Shown here one piece after another: positions 49,329 through 58,475 of a DNA stretch of 64,000 nt. This stretch comes from Polyangiales bacterium (GTDB lineage: Bacteria; Myxococcota_A; Polyangia; Polyangiales; Polyangiaceae): NCBI GenBank assembly GCA_038230375.1, contig JBBRNJ010000046.1, positions 1 to 64,000 on the forward strand, given 5' to 3'. Under the pieces are notes generated by a model. The model searched no databases and was not told where the DNA came from. It saw nothing but the letters and a program-made list of their open reading frames with translations. Each line of letters starts with the position of its first letter. The stretch's first letter is position 1. Position numbers and translations under genes: made by a program.

Positions 49329-51311
49329 TCAGTACGCGTGTGTGCCGTAGACGGGGTCGGTCTTCCCGAAGGTGAGCGTCACGTCGTAGTTGGAGACCAC
49401 GTTCGGGTAGCTCGTGACCGTGGCGCTCGCGTCGGGCCAGCGGACCTCGATCTTGTCGATCGCGCAGGCGGAGCCAAGACCGAAGGTGAGGACGAAGTCG
49501 TTCTGCACGTTGCCGTGACCGTACCCGCCGCTCACGTACTGCGTCTGCGTGCGCCCGCCCGCCGTGACGCGGACGACTGCGCCCACCGCGGAGCGATTCA
49601 CGCCGGTTCCGGCCCCGCCGTCCAGGTGCACGCGCACGAGGTTTTGATCCTGGCCCACGTTGTTCAGGAACACGAGCGGCTGCGCGGTGGCGGTGGTCTG
49701 TGACGTCACGAGATCCAGATCGCCGTCGCCGTCGATGTCGATGAAGACCGGGATGGTGAGATTGCGGATGCTGCCCGTGACGATGCCGGCGGCGCTGTCG
49801 TTGCGCTCGAACGTGCCGTCTGTCTTCTGGTGGAAGAGCGCGCTGGTGTCGGTGGTGCCGTATGCGCCGGTCTCCGTGAGCAGGATGTCCTTCCTGCCGT
49901 CCAGGTCGATGTCGACCATGACGGACATGGAGTCGCCGTCGTTCCAGTAGAAGCCGCTGTGCTTGCGCAAGAGACCGGTCTTGTCGTTGCCGGGGCGCGT
50001 GAATTTCTGACCGGGGCCGGGGTTGAGCGCGAGCTCGCTCGGGTCCGCGGAAGAGCCCACGTCGCCGTGGACGATCGTCGCGGTCAGGATGTCCATGTCG
50101 CCGTCGTCGTCGATGTCGCCGCACGCGATGGTGAAGTTGTTGCCGCCAAGGCTCCACGATTGATCGGTGACGCCCGGCTGCCAGCCGCGGAAGTACGGGC
50201 CGCTGCCGGCACCGAACGCATCGGTGCACGTGACACCGGGCGCGGGCGGCATGGGCGTGCACAGCGTGTCCGTGGGATTTGCCGCGCAAAAACAGCGGAA
50301 CGATTGATCGTCGGAGTAGTCCTGGCGATCGTCGTGGTCGATGCCGAGCGCGTGGCCGACCTCCACGAAGTGGCCGTTGTCGTTGCGCCAGACCTGGTTC
50401 TCTTCGCGGCCGTAAGAGGCAAGGATCATGTCGTCGTCGCCGTCACCGTCCAGATCGCACGCGGTGTTGCCAAAGACGTGACGGTACTGCTTGCCGCTAG
50501 CCAGGGGGCCGTCCTTCGCGGGCAGACCGACGGACACGGACACGTCGTTGAACGTGCCGTCGCCGTTGCCGCGAAAGAGCTTCGGGGGAACGTTGGTGTC
50601 GAGCGGGTTGTAGGGCCAGTGCGCGACGGTCGAGGGCCAGAAATCCAGGAACCCGTCGCGGTCGTAGTCGAAGAGCACCGAGCCGGGCACCCACATGACG
50701 GCCTTGCCCAGATCGCTCGGCGGCGCGAGCGTGAAGTGCGCCTTGCCGTCGTTGAGGAATGCATCGCACGCGTCCTCGGGCTTGCTCGTGGGGTTGACCT
50801 CGTCGGTGGGGCAGAGGACCACGTCCACGTCGCCGTCGTCGTCCAGGTCGCCCATGTCGGCCAGGCCGAAGCCGCGATTGCCGGCGCCGTCGCGGGTGTC
50901 GAGCAACCCGGACCCTGCGAGCGCGTCCACGAAGACTCGCTTCGTCGGATCGATCGGGTCGGGTCGGTTCATGTAGAGGAAGCGGACCTGCTTGCCCTTC
51001 CAGGTGGCGTCGGTGGCGGTGCGGTGCGAGGTGACGGCCTCCGTGAAGACGTCGGCAAAACCATCACCGTCGAGGTCCGCTGCGGAGAGCGCCGAAGCGA
51101 CGGGCGTGACGGCGCCTTGCGGACCCAGCCCGTAGGCAGCGGTGACGTCCGAGAACCAGCGCGCGGACGCAGGCCCTGGCGTCTTGCACACGGCGGCCGG
51201 CGGCGGAGGAGCGGTGGGCGCGGCGGGGCCGGAGCTCTTGCTGCTGCATGCGGCGACGATACCGACGAGGGCAAGGAGACCGCAGGTGGAAGCTAGAACG
51301 GGGAAACGCAC
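49329..51311 (-). CDS. CRTAC1-like FG-GAP/VCBS repeat lipoprotein with ASPIC/UnbV domain
   Basis: Several DxDxDGDxD repeats; C-terminal NRSAVGA.V.V..GG...FGLG....I.VRWP. Confidence 0.9.
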   Translation of the reverse strand: MRFPVLASTCGLLALVGIVAACSSKSSGPAAPTAPPPPAAVCKTPGPASARWFSDVTAAYGLGPQGAVTPVASALSAADLDGDGFADVFTEAVTSHRTATDATWKGKQVRFLYMNRPDPIDPTKRVFVDALAGSGLLDTRDGAGNRGFGLADMGDLDDDGDVDVVLCPTDEVNPTSKPEDACDAFLNDGKAHFTLAPPSDLGKAVMWVPGSVLFDYDRDGFLDFWPSTVAHWPYNPLDTNVPPKLFRGNGDGTFNDVSVSVGLPAKDGPLASGKQYRHVFGNTACDLDGDGDDDMILASYGREENQVWRNDNGHFVEVGHALGIDHDDRQDYSDDQSFRCFCAANPTDTLCTPMPPAPGVTCTDAFGAGSGPYFRGWQPGVTDQSWSLGGNNFTIACGDIDDDGDMDILTATIVHGDVGSSADPSELALNPGPGQKFTRPGNDKTGLLRKHSGFYWNDGDSMSVMVDIDLDGRKDILLTETGAYGTTDTSALFHQKTDGTFERNDSAAGIVTGSIRNLTIPVFIDIDGDGDLDLVTSQTTATAQPLVFLNNVGQDQNLVRVHLDGGAGTGVNRSAVGAVVRVTAGGRTQTQYVSGGYGHGNVQNDFVLTFGLGSACAIDKIEVRWPDASATVTSYPNVVSNYDVTLTFGKTDPVYGTHAY

Positions 51312-51416
51312 GACCTCGCCTCTATCTCCTGGGTGCCGGGTCGTCCACCATCTTCCCCATGATATCCGAGCGTATCCGCCTGGCGAGCGCGGGGCGGTGG
51401 CGATAGCATTTCATCA

Positions 51417-52427
51417 ATGGTCTCGGATGTTGGCCTGGCCGCGGCCGTCGATCGCGTGATCGAAGGGGCGCTGGGCGTGGTGGCGGGCGAGCGCATGCTC
51501 ATCGTCCACGATGCAGCGCACGACCAGATCGCCGAGCTCTGCGCCGCTGCCTCGCGCGTGCTCCGCGCCGAGCCCGTGATGTTTCGCCTGGAGGACTTTG
51601 GTCCGCGACCGCACACGCACCTGCCCCACGAGATCGTGTCGGCGCTCGGGGACGCGCAGGCCAGCCTCCTCGCGGTGGATTTCCACAAGGGTGAGCTCGC
51701 GATGCGCACGGAGATGATCGATCGCGCGGCGGCGGCGCAGCTGCGGCATGGACACATGGTAGGCGTCCAGCGCGCGTCCATCATCGCTGGGTTCTCCGTG
51801 CATCCAAAGCGCATCGCCGAGAAGGCGCGCGCGCTGCTGGTTCGCTTCGGACCCACCTCGCGCATCACGGTGAAGAGCAAGAGCGGTACGGACCTCACGG
51901 CCACGCTGTCGCCGAGGTGCAAGTGGATGGACTTCGGCGCGCTGGTGCTGCGCGGCAAACGAGTGAACCTGCCAGGCGGCGAGATCGTCACGAGCCCGGA
52001 GGACGTGAGCGGCGTCTATGTGGCAGAGGGAACGCTGGGCGACGCGGACGGCATCTGGCGCAAGCGACTGCGCGATACGCCCGTGACGCTGCGGATCGCA
52101 AGCTCGCGCATCCAGTCCGTGGAGTGCGCGCGCGATCCGACGCTGGCGCGAATGATCACGGAGCGCCTTGGGACCGTGGGCAACCTCGATCGCGTGGGCC
52201 TCCTGGGATTTGGCGTGAACCTGGGACTCTCGGAGCCGCTGGGCGACGTGTTCTCGGACCAGAAGGTGCCAGGCGTGCATCTGTCCCTGGGCGAGACGTT
52301 CCCCGCCGCGACCGGCGCGTCGTGGACCTCGAAGAGCTGGGTGGCGCTCACGGCAACGAACTCGCCAGGGCAGGACGTGGACATCGACAGCACCGCGGTG
52401 ATGCGAAGCGGGCGCTACCTTCTTTGA
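51417..52427 (+). CDS. M29/thermophilic-aminopeptidase-like protein, possibly inactive
   Basis: GTDL, NLPGGE, G.G.N, VH..LG framework; several expected ligand positions diverge. Confidence 0.7.
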   Translation: MVSDVGLAAAVDRVIEGALGVVAGERMLIVHDAAHDQIAELCAAASRVLRAEPVMFRLEDFGPRPHTHLPHEIVSALGDAQASLLAVDFHKGELAMRTEMIDRAAAAQLRHGHMVGVQRASIIAGFSVHPKRIAEKARALLVRFGPTSRITVKSKSGTDLTATLSPRCKWMDFGALVLRGKRVNLPGGEIVTSPEDVSGVYVAEGTLGDADGIWRKRLRDTPVTLRIASSRIQSVECARDPTLARMITERLGTVGNLDRVGLLGFGVNLGLSEPLGDVFSDQKVPGVHLSLGETFPAATGASWTSKSWVALTATNSPGQDVDIDSTAVMRSGRYLL

Positions 52428-52460
52428 CTACATCGCCCCTTTCTCTGCGCAGATACAACA

Positions 52461-52501
52461 GCACGGGAAGAGGCACGGGAAGAGGCACGGGAAGAGGCAC
52501 G
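52461..52501. repeat. Intergenic 12-bp tandem repeat, about 3.4 copies
   Basis: (GCACGGGAAGAG)3 GCACG. Confidence 0.92.
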
Positions 52502-52574
52502 CGCGTCAGACTAAAGATGACGTGGCGGCGGGCCGTGGTATCTTTGACAGTTGGCTCTGTCCGCTCTCGCGCCG

Positions 52575-53405
52575 ATGACGACCTCCTTCTCCACCAAGCG
52601 TCTTCTCTGCCTGTGCCTCGCCGTGACGGCGCTGGTGGCGCCGCTTCGTGCGCACGCGCGCCCGCCTGCCGCGAACGCGACGCGCTTCTTCTCCACGGAG
52701 TTCGAGTTCGAGCATCGCCGCTACATGTTCTCGCGCGAGGCGCCGGGATCGATCGCGCACGTGGCGGGCGGACAGCCTGGAGAGTCCCTGCCGCTCGTGG
52801 TGTTCCTGCACGGCATGAACGCAGACCGTGACGTGCATCTGTGGATGGGTGGAGGACCGGGCAATCTTCGCGAGCACGTGGACGCCTGGGTGCGCGCGGG
52901 GGATGTCGCACCGCTGATTCTGGCCGCGCCCACGCACACGCGCTACGCGTTGGCTGCGAACCTCATGTGGCCCGACTTTGATCTGTCGGAGTTCATCACG
53001 GCCACGGAGACCGCGCTGGGCGGGCGCGCGCACGTCGACACGAGCCGCGTGATCGTCGTTGGCCACAGCGGCGCGGGCTGCAATCCACGCGGAGGCATCT
53101 TTTCTCCGGAGCTGCTCAAGCACCCGGACCGCGTCTCGGCCGTTGTCGCGATCGACAGCTGCGTGGATGGCGACGTGACACCAACGTTCCAGGCCCTCGC
53201 ACGCGGGACCCGCGTCCTCTACTTCTGGCAGCCCGCATGGTCGAGACCTGTCGACGATCTCGCCAAGATTTGCGATGCTCCCGGCGCTTCATGCAGCGTG
53301 CAAGAAATCTCGGGGCTCCACGGCAACCCGCACAACACGGTGCTACCGGCGGCGCTCGGGCGCGCGCTCGTGGAGCTCTTGCCGGCGCGTCGCTCCTCGC
53401 GCTGA
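52575..53405 (+). CDS. Secreted alpha/beta-hydrolase-fold protein
   Basis: Signal peptide ending AHA; VVFLHG, GHSGAG. Confidence 0.75.
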   Translation: MTTSFSTKRLLCLCLAVTALVAPLRAHARPPAANATRFFSTEFEFEHRRYMFSREAPGSIAHVAGGQPGESLPLVVFLHGMNADRDVHLWMGGGPGNLREHVDAWVRAGDVAPLILAAPTHTRYALAANLMWPDFDLSEFITATETALGGRAHVDTSRVIVVGHSGAGCNPRGGIFSPELLKHPDRVSAVVAIDSCVDGDVTPTFQALARGTRVLYFWQPAWSRPVDDLAKICDAPGASCSVQEISGLHGNPHNTVLPAALGRALVELLPARRSSR

Positions 53406-54925
53406 GCGCGCTCACGTTCGCCGCGTGTGGAGAGAAGACCACGAACAACGCCCCCGACGCGCGCGCAGCCGTCGATGCGGCCGCTCCGAAGCCGAGCGAT
53501 GCTTCCACGGACGCCACACCCGAGGCGAGCACCAGCGCAGCGAGCGTGATGTCGAAGGCGCCGTTCGGCACACTGAAGTCGTACGACAAGAACGTGTGCA
53601 AGGCCCTCCTGGGCGGCGGAAAACACCGCATCGCGGAGCGCGACCTCCGCTCCTACTTCGTAGATGGCGACGATCTGCTCGCGCTCGTGAACCGCTCACC
53701 CATGGGCATGCTTCCGCCTGACTACGCGCCCGCGGATCTGGTGGATCTCCACACCCAGAAGCCCGTCGCTGAGAGCAAGGACTGCGATCGCTTCCAGTGC
53801 CTGCGCAAGGACGCGTCCGCCGCCCTTGCGGACATGATGGCGGAGATGGCCAAGCAGGGATTCCCCGGTCACATCGAATCCGCGTATCGGTCCTATTTTT
53901 CCCAGTGCGGCACGTTCCTTCGCTGGGTCGAGAAGTCCGACGGCAACTTCTGCGAGGCCGCGGAGCAGAGCGCGCTCCCAGGCCACAGCCAGCACCAGCT
54001 AGGCACCACGGTGGATCTCTTCACGGAGGAGTGGAACAAAGATCCGCGCGGCGTCTTCCGCGAGGGCTTCGGCTGCACGGACGCGGGCCAGTGGCTCCAG
54101 AAGCACGGGTTCGAGTACGGGTTCGTGATGCCCTACCCAATTCACCCCGACGATCGCCACCCGAAGCAGAAGTGCGTCGTACGCTGGGACATCAACGTGC
54201 CCATCAATCCGATGACGGGCTACCGCTTCGAGCACTGGCACTATCGCTTTGTCGGCAAGGAGAACGCGGCCGCGTACACGGAGGCCGTCGCAAAGAGCAA
54301 TCCCGACGCGCCCGACGCGCCCACGCTGGAGCAATGGCTGCGAAGGAAGCGCGGCCTCACGCCAGACGCAGAGCTCCCCGTGTGTGATGGCTGCGAGTGC
54401 GGCGCGTGCTCCACGCTCGCGGACGACGGCCCGTGCAAGGCAGACTCCCTGAAGCTGGACGAGCAAGGCATGCCCAAGGTCGCGGCCTCCGCGCCCGAGC
54501 TCAAGAAGGCGGTCCTGAAGAAGGGCAAGCACGGCACCATGCAGGTGCTCGTGACCGTGGCGGTGCCCGACAGCGCGCTCACACAGCCGCCGGTCACCAC
54601 GGCGAAAGATGCACTCTACACGGAAGGCAGCGACATCACGAAGCTCGTCCCCTACCCCGCGACCGCACCGCACCACTACGAGGCACTGCCCGGGGCCTAC
54701 CGCATTGGCGTGCGAGGCGAAGGCTCACCGCCGAACAGCTACCCGTACCAGGCATCGCTGGCCGGCCCCAAATTGGCTGCAGTATACAACCGCGCCAACC
54801 TGCTGCTGCCAGCGCAACCCGGGACGCACGTGCACACGATCGTCGTCCCGAGCGCGCTAGGGGACAACCTCGAGATCGCGCTCATCCAGGACAACAAGGT
54901 CGTGGCAAAGGTGAACGCGGAGTAG
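53291..54925 (+). CDS. D,D-carboxypeptidase (M15B/VanY-like) lipoprotein
   Basis: SAYRS, SALPGHSQHQLG..VD, FEHWHYRFVG; lipobox FAAC; start uncertain because it overlaps the previous gene. Confidence 0.85.
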   Translation: MQRARNLGAPRQPAQHGATGGARARARGALAGASLLALSALTFAACGEKTTNNAPDARAAVDAAAPKPSDASTDATPEASTSAASVMSKAPFGTLKSYDKNVCKALLGGGKHRIAERDLRSYFVDGDDLLALVNRSPMGMLPPDYAPADLVDLHTQKPVAESKDCDRFQCLRKDASAALADMMAEMAKQGFPGHIESAYRSYFSQCGTFLRWVEKSDGNFCEAAEQSALPGHSQHQLGTTVDLFTEEWNKDPRGVFREGFGCTDAGQWLQKHGFEYGFVMPYPIHPDDRHPKQKCVVRWDINVPINPMTGYRFEHWHYRFVGKENAAAYTEAVAKSNPDAPDAPTLEQWLRRKRGLTPDAELPVCDGCECGACSTLADDGPCKADSLKLDEQGMPKVAASAPELKKAVLKKGKHGTMQVLVTVAVPDSALTQPPVTTAKDALYTEGSDITKLVPYPATAPHHYEALPGAYRIGVRGEGSPPNSYPYQASLAGPKLAAVYNRANLLLPAQPGTHVHTIVVPSALGDNLEIALIQDNKVVAKVNAE

Positions 54926-54950
54926 CTCGTTTCGTCCTACACTCCGTGTC

Positions 54951-55595
54951 ATGGGCCTTCGTCCTCTCTTCGTCGCGGTTCTGGGTGCGGTTGTCGTGGT
55001 CGCCTGCAGCTCGTCGTCATCCAGCGTGAACGGCGCCAGCGACGGCGGCGTCCCGAGCGATGATGGCGGAGGCGCGAGCGCGGACGCCGCTGGTGGGGGC
55101 GAAGGCGGCGGTGGCGGGGCGGACAGCGGGATCAAGGCGCGCGTGATCTTGAAGAGCGCGCTTGCGGCGTGTGCGAGTGCTGGCGCCGGTCTGGCGATAG
55201 GCGACTTCACGACCATGCCAAAACGTGCGGTTGATGACGGCGCGACAGAGAACGGACACCCCGTCTCCGCCACGTGCACGGTAGCGGCGGGTTCAGGCGT
55301 CGGCCCCTTTCTGGTGTCCGCGACCATCACGCTCGGTGGCGTGGGTACGCTCACCCTGAGCTCCGGAGTCGACATGAACGGAGCCAGCAGTGCAGCCAAG
55401 ATCTCGCTCGCCGAAGACGCCGGTGGGACCTGGAGCGGGATGACGTGCACGCTGGACCCGACCGTCGATCTACAAGCCGGTGTCGCCATCGGCCGCTACT
55501 GGGCCGGGTTCAAGTGCACGCAAGCGACCAATGCTGCGGGGCCCGCGTGCGATATCCAGGGCGAGTTGCGGATCGAGAACTGCGCTCAGAACTGA
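54951..55595 (+). CDS. Hypothetical lipoprotein
   Basis: Lipobox VVAC, Gly/Ser/Asp linker, Cys-containing beta domain. Confidence 0.72.
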   Translation: MGLRPLFVAVLGAVVVVACSSSSSSVNGASDGGVPSDDGGGASADAAGGGEGGGGGADSGIKARVILKSALAACASAGAGLAIGDFTTMPKRAVDDGATENGHPVSATCTVAAGSGVGPFLVSATITLGGVGTLTLSSGVDMNGASSAAKISLAEDAGGTWSGMTCTLDPTVDLQAGVAIGRYWAGFKCTQATNAAGPACDIQGELRIENCAQN

Positions 55596-55608
55596 GGCGG
55601 ACGCGCGC

Positions 55609-56340
55609 TCAGTGGGGGTTGCAGCTCTGGTTCGCGTTGAACTCGATCGACTTCGCCACGTTGTTCGTCTTGTTCGCTTCCGGGATCTTGTTGTCGAAGT
55701 TGATGACCGCTTCCAGGAAGTCCGCGCCCGCGCCGTTGAAGCCCATCGTGAACGTCTTGCTGCCGCCCTTCGGGATGGCGTCCAGGAAGACCTCCAGGCC
55801 GATCACCATCTGACCGGGGCACTTCATCGACTTCAGCATCAGGTTTGCGCGCGGAGCGTCCACCCACGGGTTTGCGTTCGCGACCTCCATGGTGACACTT
55901 GCGTGGTTGGCGCTCGCCCACGCCAGGTTCTTCACCACGTAGTCGGGCTCTCCCGGATTGAAGGAAGCCGTGCACGAGTAACCATTCGTCTGGCCCGGAT
56001 CGATGACGTCGACGGACGCGCCAGGCGCGAGCGGGGCAGCGAGCGTGACGTTGCCGGACTCCTTGGTGCTCGTGTTCCAGTGAATGACGGTGCCCTTCGG
56101 GATCGGGTACGCGGTCGTGTTCTTGATCTGGTGATTGTGGTGCTTCACGTCCGAAGCGCCAGCGCCCTGACACGCGAGCGCGATGTTCGCGGGAGCCAGG
56201 CTGCCCATACTGCCAGCCACCGTCGGGCTCAACGCGGGCGCCACCGGGTTCTGCTGCTCTGCAATCGCCGAAGTCGACACCACGGCAAGGCCCACCACCA
56301 CGAACACACCCAGCGCCGATCTCATGCTCTTCATGTCCAA
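55609..56340 (-). CDS. Secreted protein with a CARDB-like C-terminal domain
   Basis: Signal peptide ending AIA; PDYVV, IPEANKTNN; GGAGG RBS. Confidence 0.7.
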   Translation of the reverse strand: MDMKSMRSALGVFVVVGLAVVSTSAIAEQQNPVAPALSPTVAGSMGSLAPANIALACQGAGASDVKHHNHQIKNTTAYPIPKGTVIHWNTSTKESGNVTLAAPLAPGASVDVIDPGQTNGYSCTASFNPGEPDYVVKNLAWASANHASVTMEVANANPWVDAPRANLMLKSMKCPGQMVIGLEVFLDAIPKGGSKTFTMGFNGAGADFLEAVINFDNKIPEANKTNNVAKSIEFNANQSCNPH

Positions 56341-56450
56341 TCCTCCATCCGTTGTTTCGAGGGCAGACGGTCGTCTAGCGCGATCGAATCAACGCGAAAA
56401 ATGGCTCATGAATGCATCATGCTCTCCTCAGCCTCGACCCTGCGCGGCCC

Positions 56451-56942
56451 CTATTCTCCGTCCCAGTAGTCGAGCTGCGGGCCGAGCCGCCCGCGAAAAT
56501 TCATGGTCCGCTTGTCTGCGGACTCTCCTGGCGCACTGCCCACGTAGACGGCCACCTTGTTCGAGTCGGGATACTCGACGACCTCCGTCGGTAGCATCGT
56601 GCTGATCGCGAGGTAGCGCAGCTCACCGTCGCCCGTGTTCACCAGCTGGTGCGCGGTGTCCTTGCCACCGGCAGGCGCGGCGATCACGTCGCCCTCACGC
56701 ACCGGATACTCCGCGTCGCCGAACCGGAGCATGCCGCTGCCCCGCAGGATGACGAACATTTCCTCGTTCACGTGGTGGCAATGGAAGGGATACGCGCGCT
56801 TCCCCTTGGGCACGACGAGCAGCGAGCAACCAAGCTGCTTCGCACCAATCAACGCCGCCACCGAGCCGTCCGCGACCTCGAATTTCTCGCCGTTCGCGTA
56901 CTTCTCACACTTCACGTCGGCCAGGTTCGCAATTGGTTTCAT
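56451..56942 (-). CDS. Cupin domain protein
   Basis: PFHCHHVNEE, AHQL.N, YPDS.K, LDYWDGE. Confidence 0.9.
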   Translation of the reverse strand: MKPIANLADVKCEKYANGEKFEVADGSVAALIGAKQLGCSLLVVPKGKRAYPFHCHHVNEEMFVILRGSGMLRFGDAEYPVREGDVIAAPAGGKDTAHQLVNTGDGELRYLAISTMLPTEVVEYPDSNKVAVYVGSAPGESADKRTMNFRGRLGPQLDYWDGE

Positions 56943-56989
56943 GGGGACCATATTACCAACCCGTTGTAACCTTCGGGCTCGGAGTACGG

Positions 56990-58429
56990 ATGGTCGCCGG
57001 AAGCCAAGAATCAGAGCGCGACAGACAGGCAGAGGCCACGCCCTGCTGGAATCTCGTGCTCGTTCATGGCACCGCGGCGCTCCTTGGCACGCGCTGGCCG
57101 TTCCAGGACGGGTTCCTCCTGGGACGCTCGAACACCACGCTCCCGCGTGACTTCACCGAGGACCGCAAGCTCTCCCGCGAGCATGCGCGCTTCGTCGTCA
57201 CGGAGGGCACGCCGTTCGTCACCGACCTTGGCAGCCGCAATGGCACCACCGTCAACGAGGCCACCATCACCGGCAAGACGAAGCTCGCCGAGCGCGATCT
57301 GGTCCAGGTCGGCAAGCACCTCTTCGTGGTCGAGTCGCACACGCCGAAGGGAGCCGCGGCCGAGAGCACCGGACACTCGTCCTTCGCGTCGCGCCTGCTT
57401 GCGGAGACCGCCGCCGCACGCAGCGCGAATGAAGGGCTGCTCCTGGTGGGCGAGGGAGGGACTGGAAAGTCGTACTTCGCGCGCACGTTTCACAAGCTGT
57501 GCGGTGCCACTGGCGCCTATGCCACGCTGTCGCTCAGTCGCCTGGGCGACGTTGGCCTTCGCGCGCGGCTCATCGGCGCGCCTGGCCAGCCGGGACTCTT
57601 CGAGCGGACGGAGAACGGAACGCTGCTGCTCGAACAATGGGACAGCACGGACAAGGACGCAGAGGACTTCCTGTTGTCTGTGCTCCGCAACAAGAGCTAC
57701 GAGTCGCACGACGGCTCGCGGGTGGCCCTGCGCTCGCGCATCGTGATCAGCGTGGACGTGCCCGACGACGAGGACAACCCGTTCGCCAAGCAGAAGCAGA
57801 ACGACGCCATTGTCCTCGCGTTCGCGCCGTGGGTCCTCCGCTTCACGCCGCTGCGTGAGCGCCCTGCGGATGCCATCCTGCTCGCGAACCGCTATTTGCA
57901 TGCGCTCGACGAGGACGCGGAGTGCGCCGATGGCCTGGTGATGCGCATCGCGCGCGACCCGTGGACCGGCAACATCGACGAGCTGCTCCGCAACATGGAG
58001 CGCGCCTACCTGGACGAGGCGGAGCGTGACGCGCGCCCCATCGTGCTCTCGCATTTCCTCCCGGACGAAGAGCCACCCGTTCCTTCCAGCCCCACGCCGA
58101 AGGGCACCCGTGTGGCGAGCGATGGCTCGTGGTTCTCCACCGCGCTCACCGGTCGCGTCGAGCTCGACATGCACCCGGAGCTCGTGGCGCTCCTGACTGC
58201 GCTCGCGAACGAGTCCATCTCCACCAAGAAGCACCTGGACTGGAAGGCGCTCTTCGAGAGGGCATGGCCCGGTGAGCCGCCGCAGCCGCGCGCCGGCGCG
58301 AGCCGCGTGTTCGTTGCGATCTCCGCCTTGCGCAAGCTCGGCCTCGATCGCGCGCTGGTCCGCCATGTGGACGGCTACTCGCTCGACGCGGCCGTCCAGG
58401 TTTGCGTGTATCTTACAGGTTCCGCCTAG
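56990..58429 (+). CDS. FHA plus degenerate sigma54-activator-type AAA plus C-terminal wHTH regulator
   Basis: FHA GR..SREHA..DLGSRNGT; Walker A GEGGTGKS; PLRER, WTGNIDEL; WPGE...SALRKLGL. Confidence 0.82.
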   Translation: MVAGSQESERDRQAEATPCWNLVLVHGTAALLGTRWPFQDGFLLGRSNTTLPRDFTEDRKLSREHARFVVTEGTPFVTDLGSRNGTTVNEATITGKTKLAERDLVQVGKHLFVVESHTPKGAAAESTGHSSFASRLLAETAAARSANEGLLLVGEGGTGKSYFARTFHKLCGATGAYATLSLSRLGDVGLRARLIGAPGQPGLFERTENGTLLLEQWDSTDKDAEDFLLSVLRNKSYESHDGSRVALRSRIVISVDVPDDEDNPFAKQKQNDAIVLAFAPWVLRFTPLRERPADAILLANRYLHALDEDAECADGLVMRIARDPWTGNIDELLRNMERAYLDEAERDARPIVLSHFLPDEEPPVPSSPTPKGTRVASDGSWFSTALTGRVELDMHPELVALLTALANESISTKKHLDWKALFERAWPGEPPQPRAGASRVFVAISALRKLGLDRALVRHVDGYSLDAAVQVCVYLTGSA

Positions 58430-58475
58430 CGCCAGCGCTTCGCACGAGAAGTCATCGGCGAAAAGCAGCGGCCTT

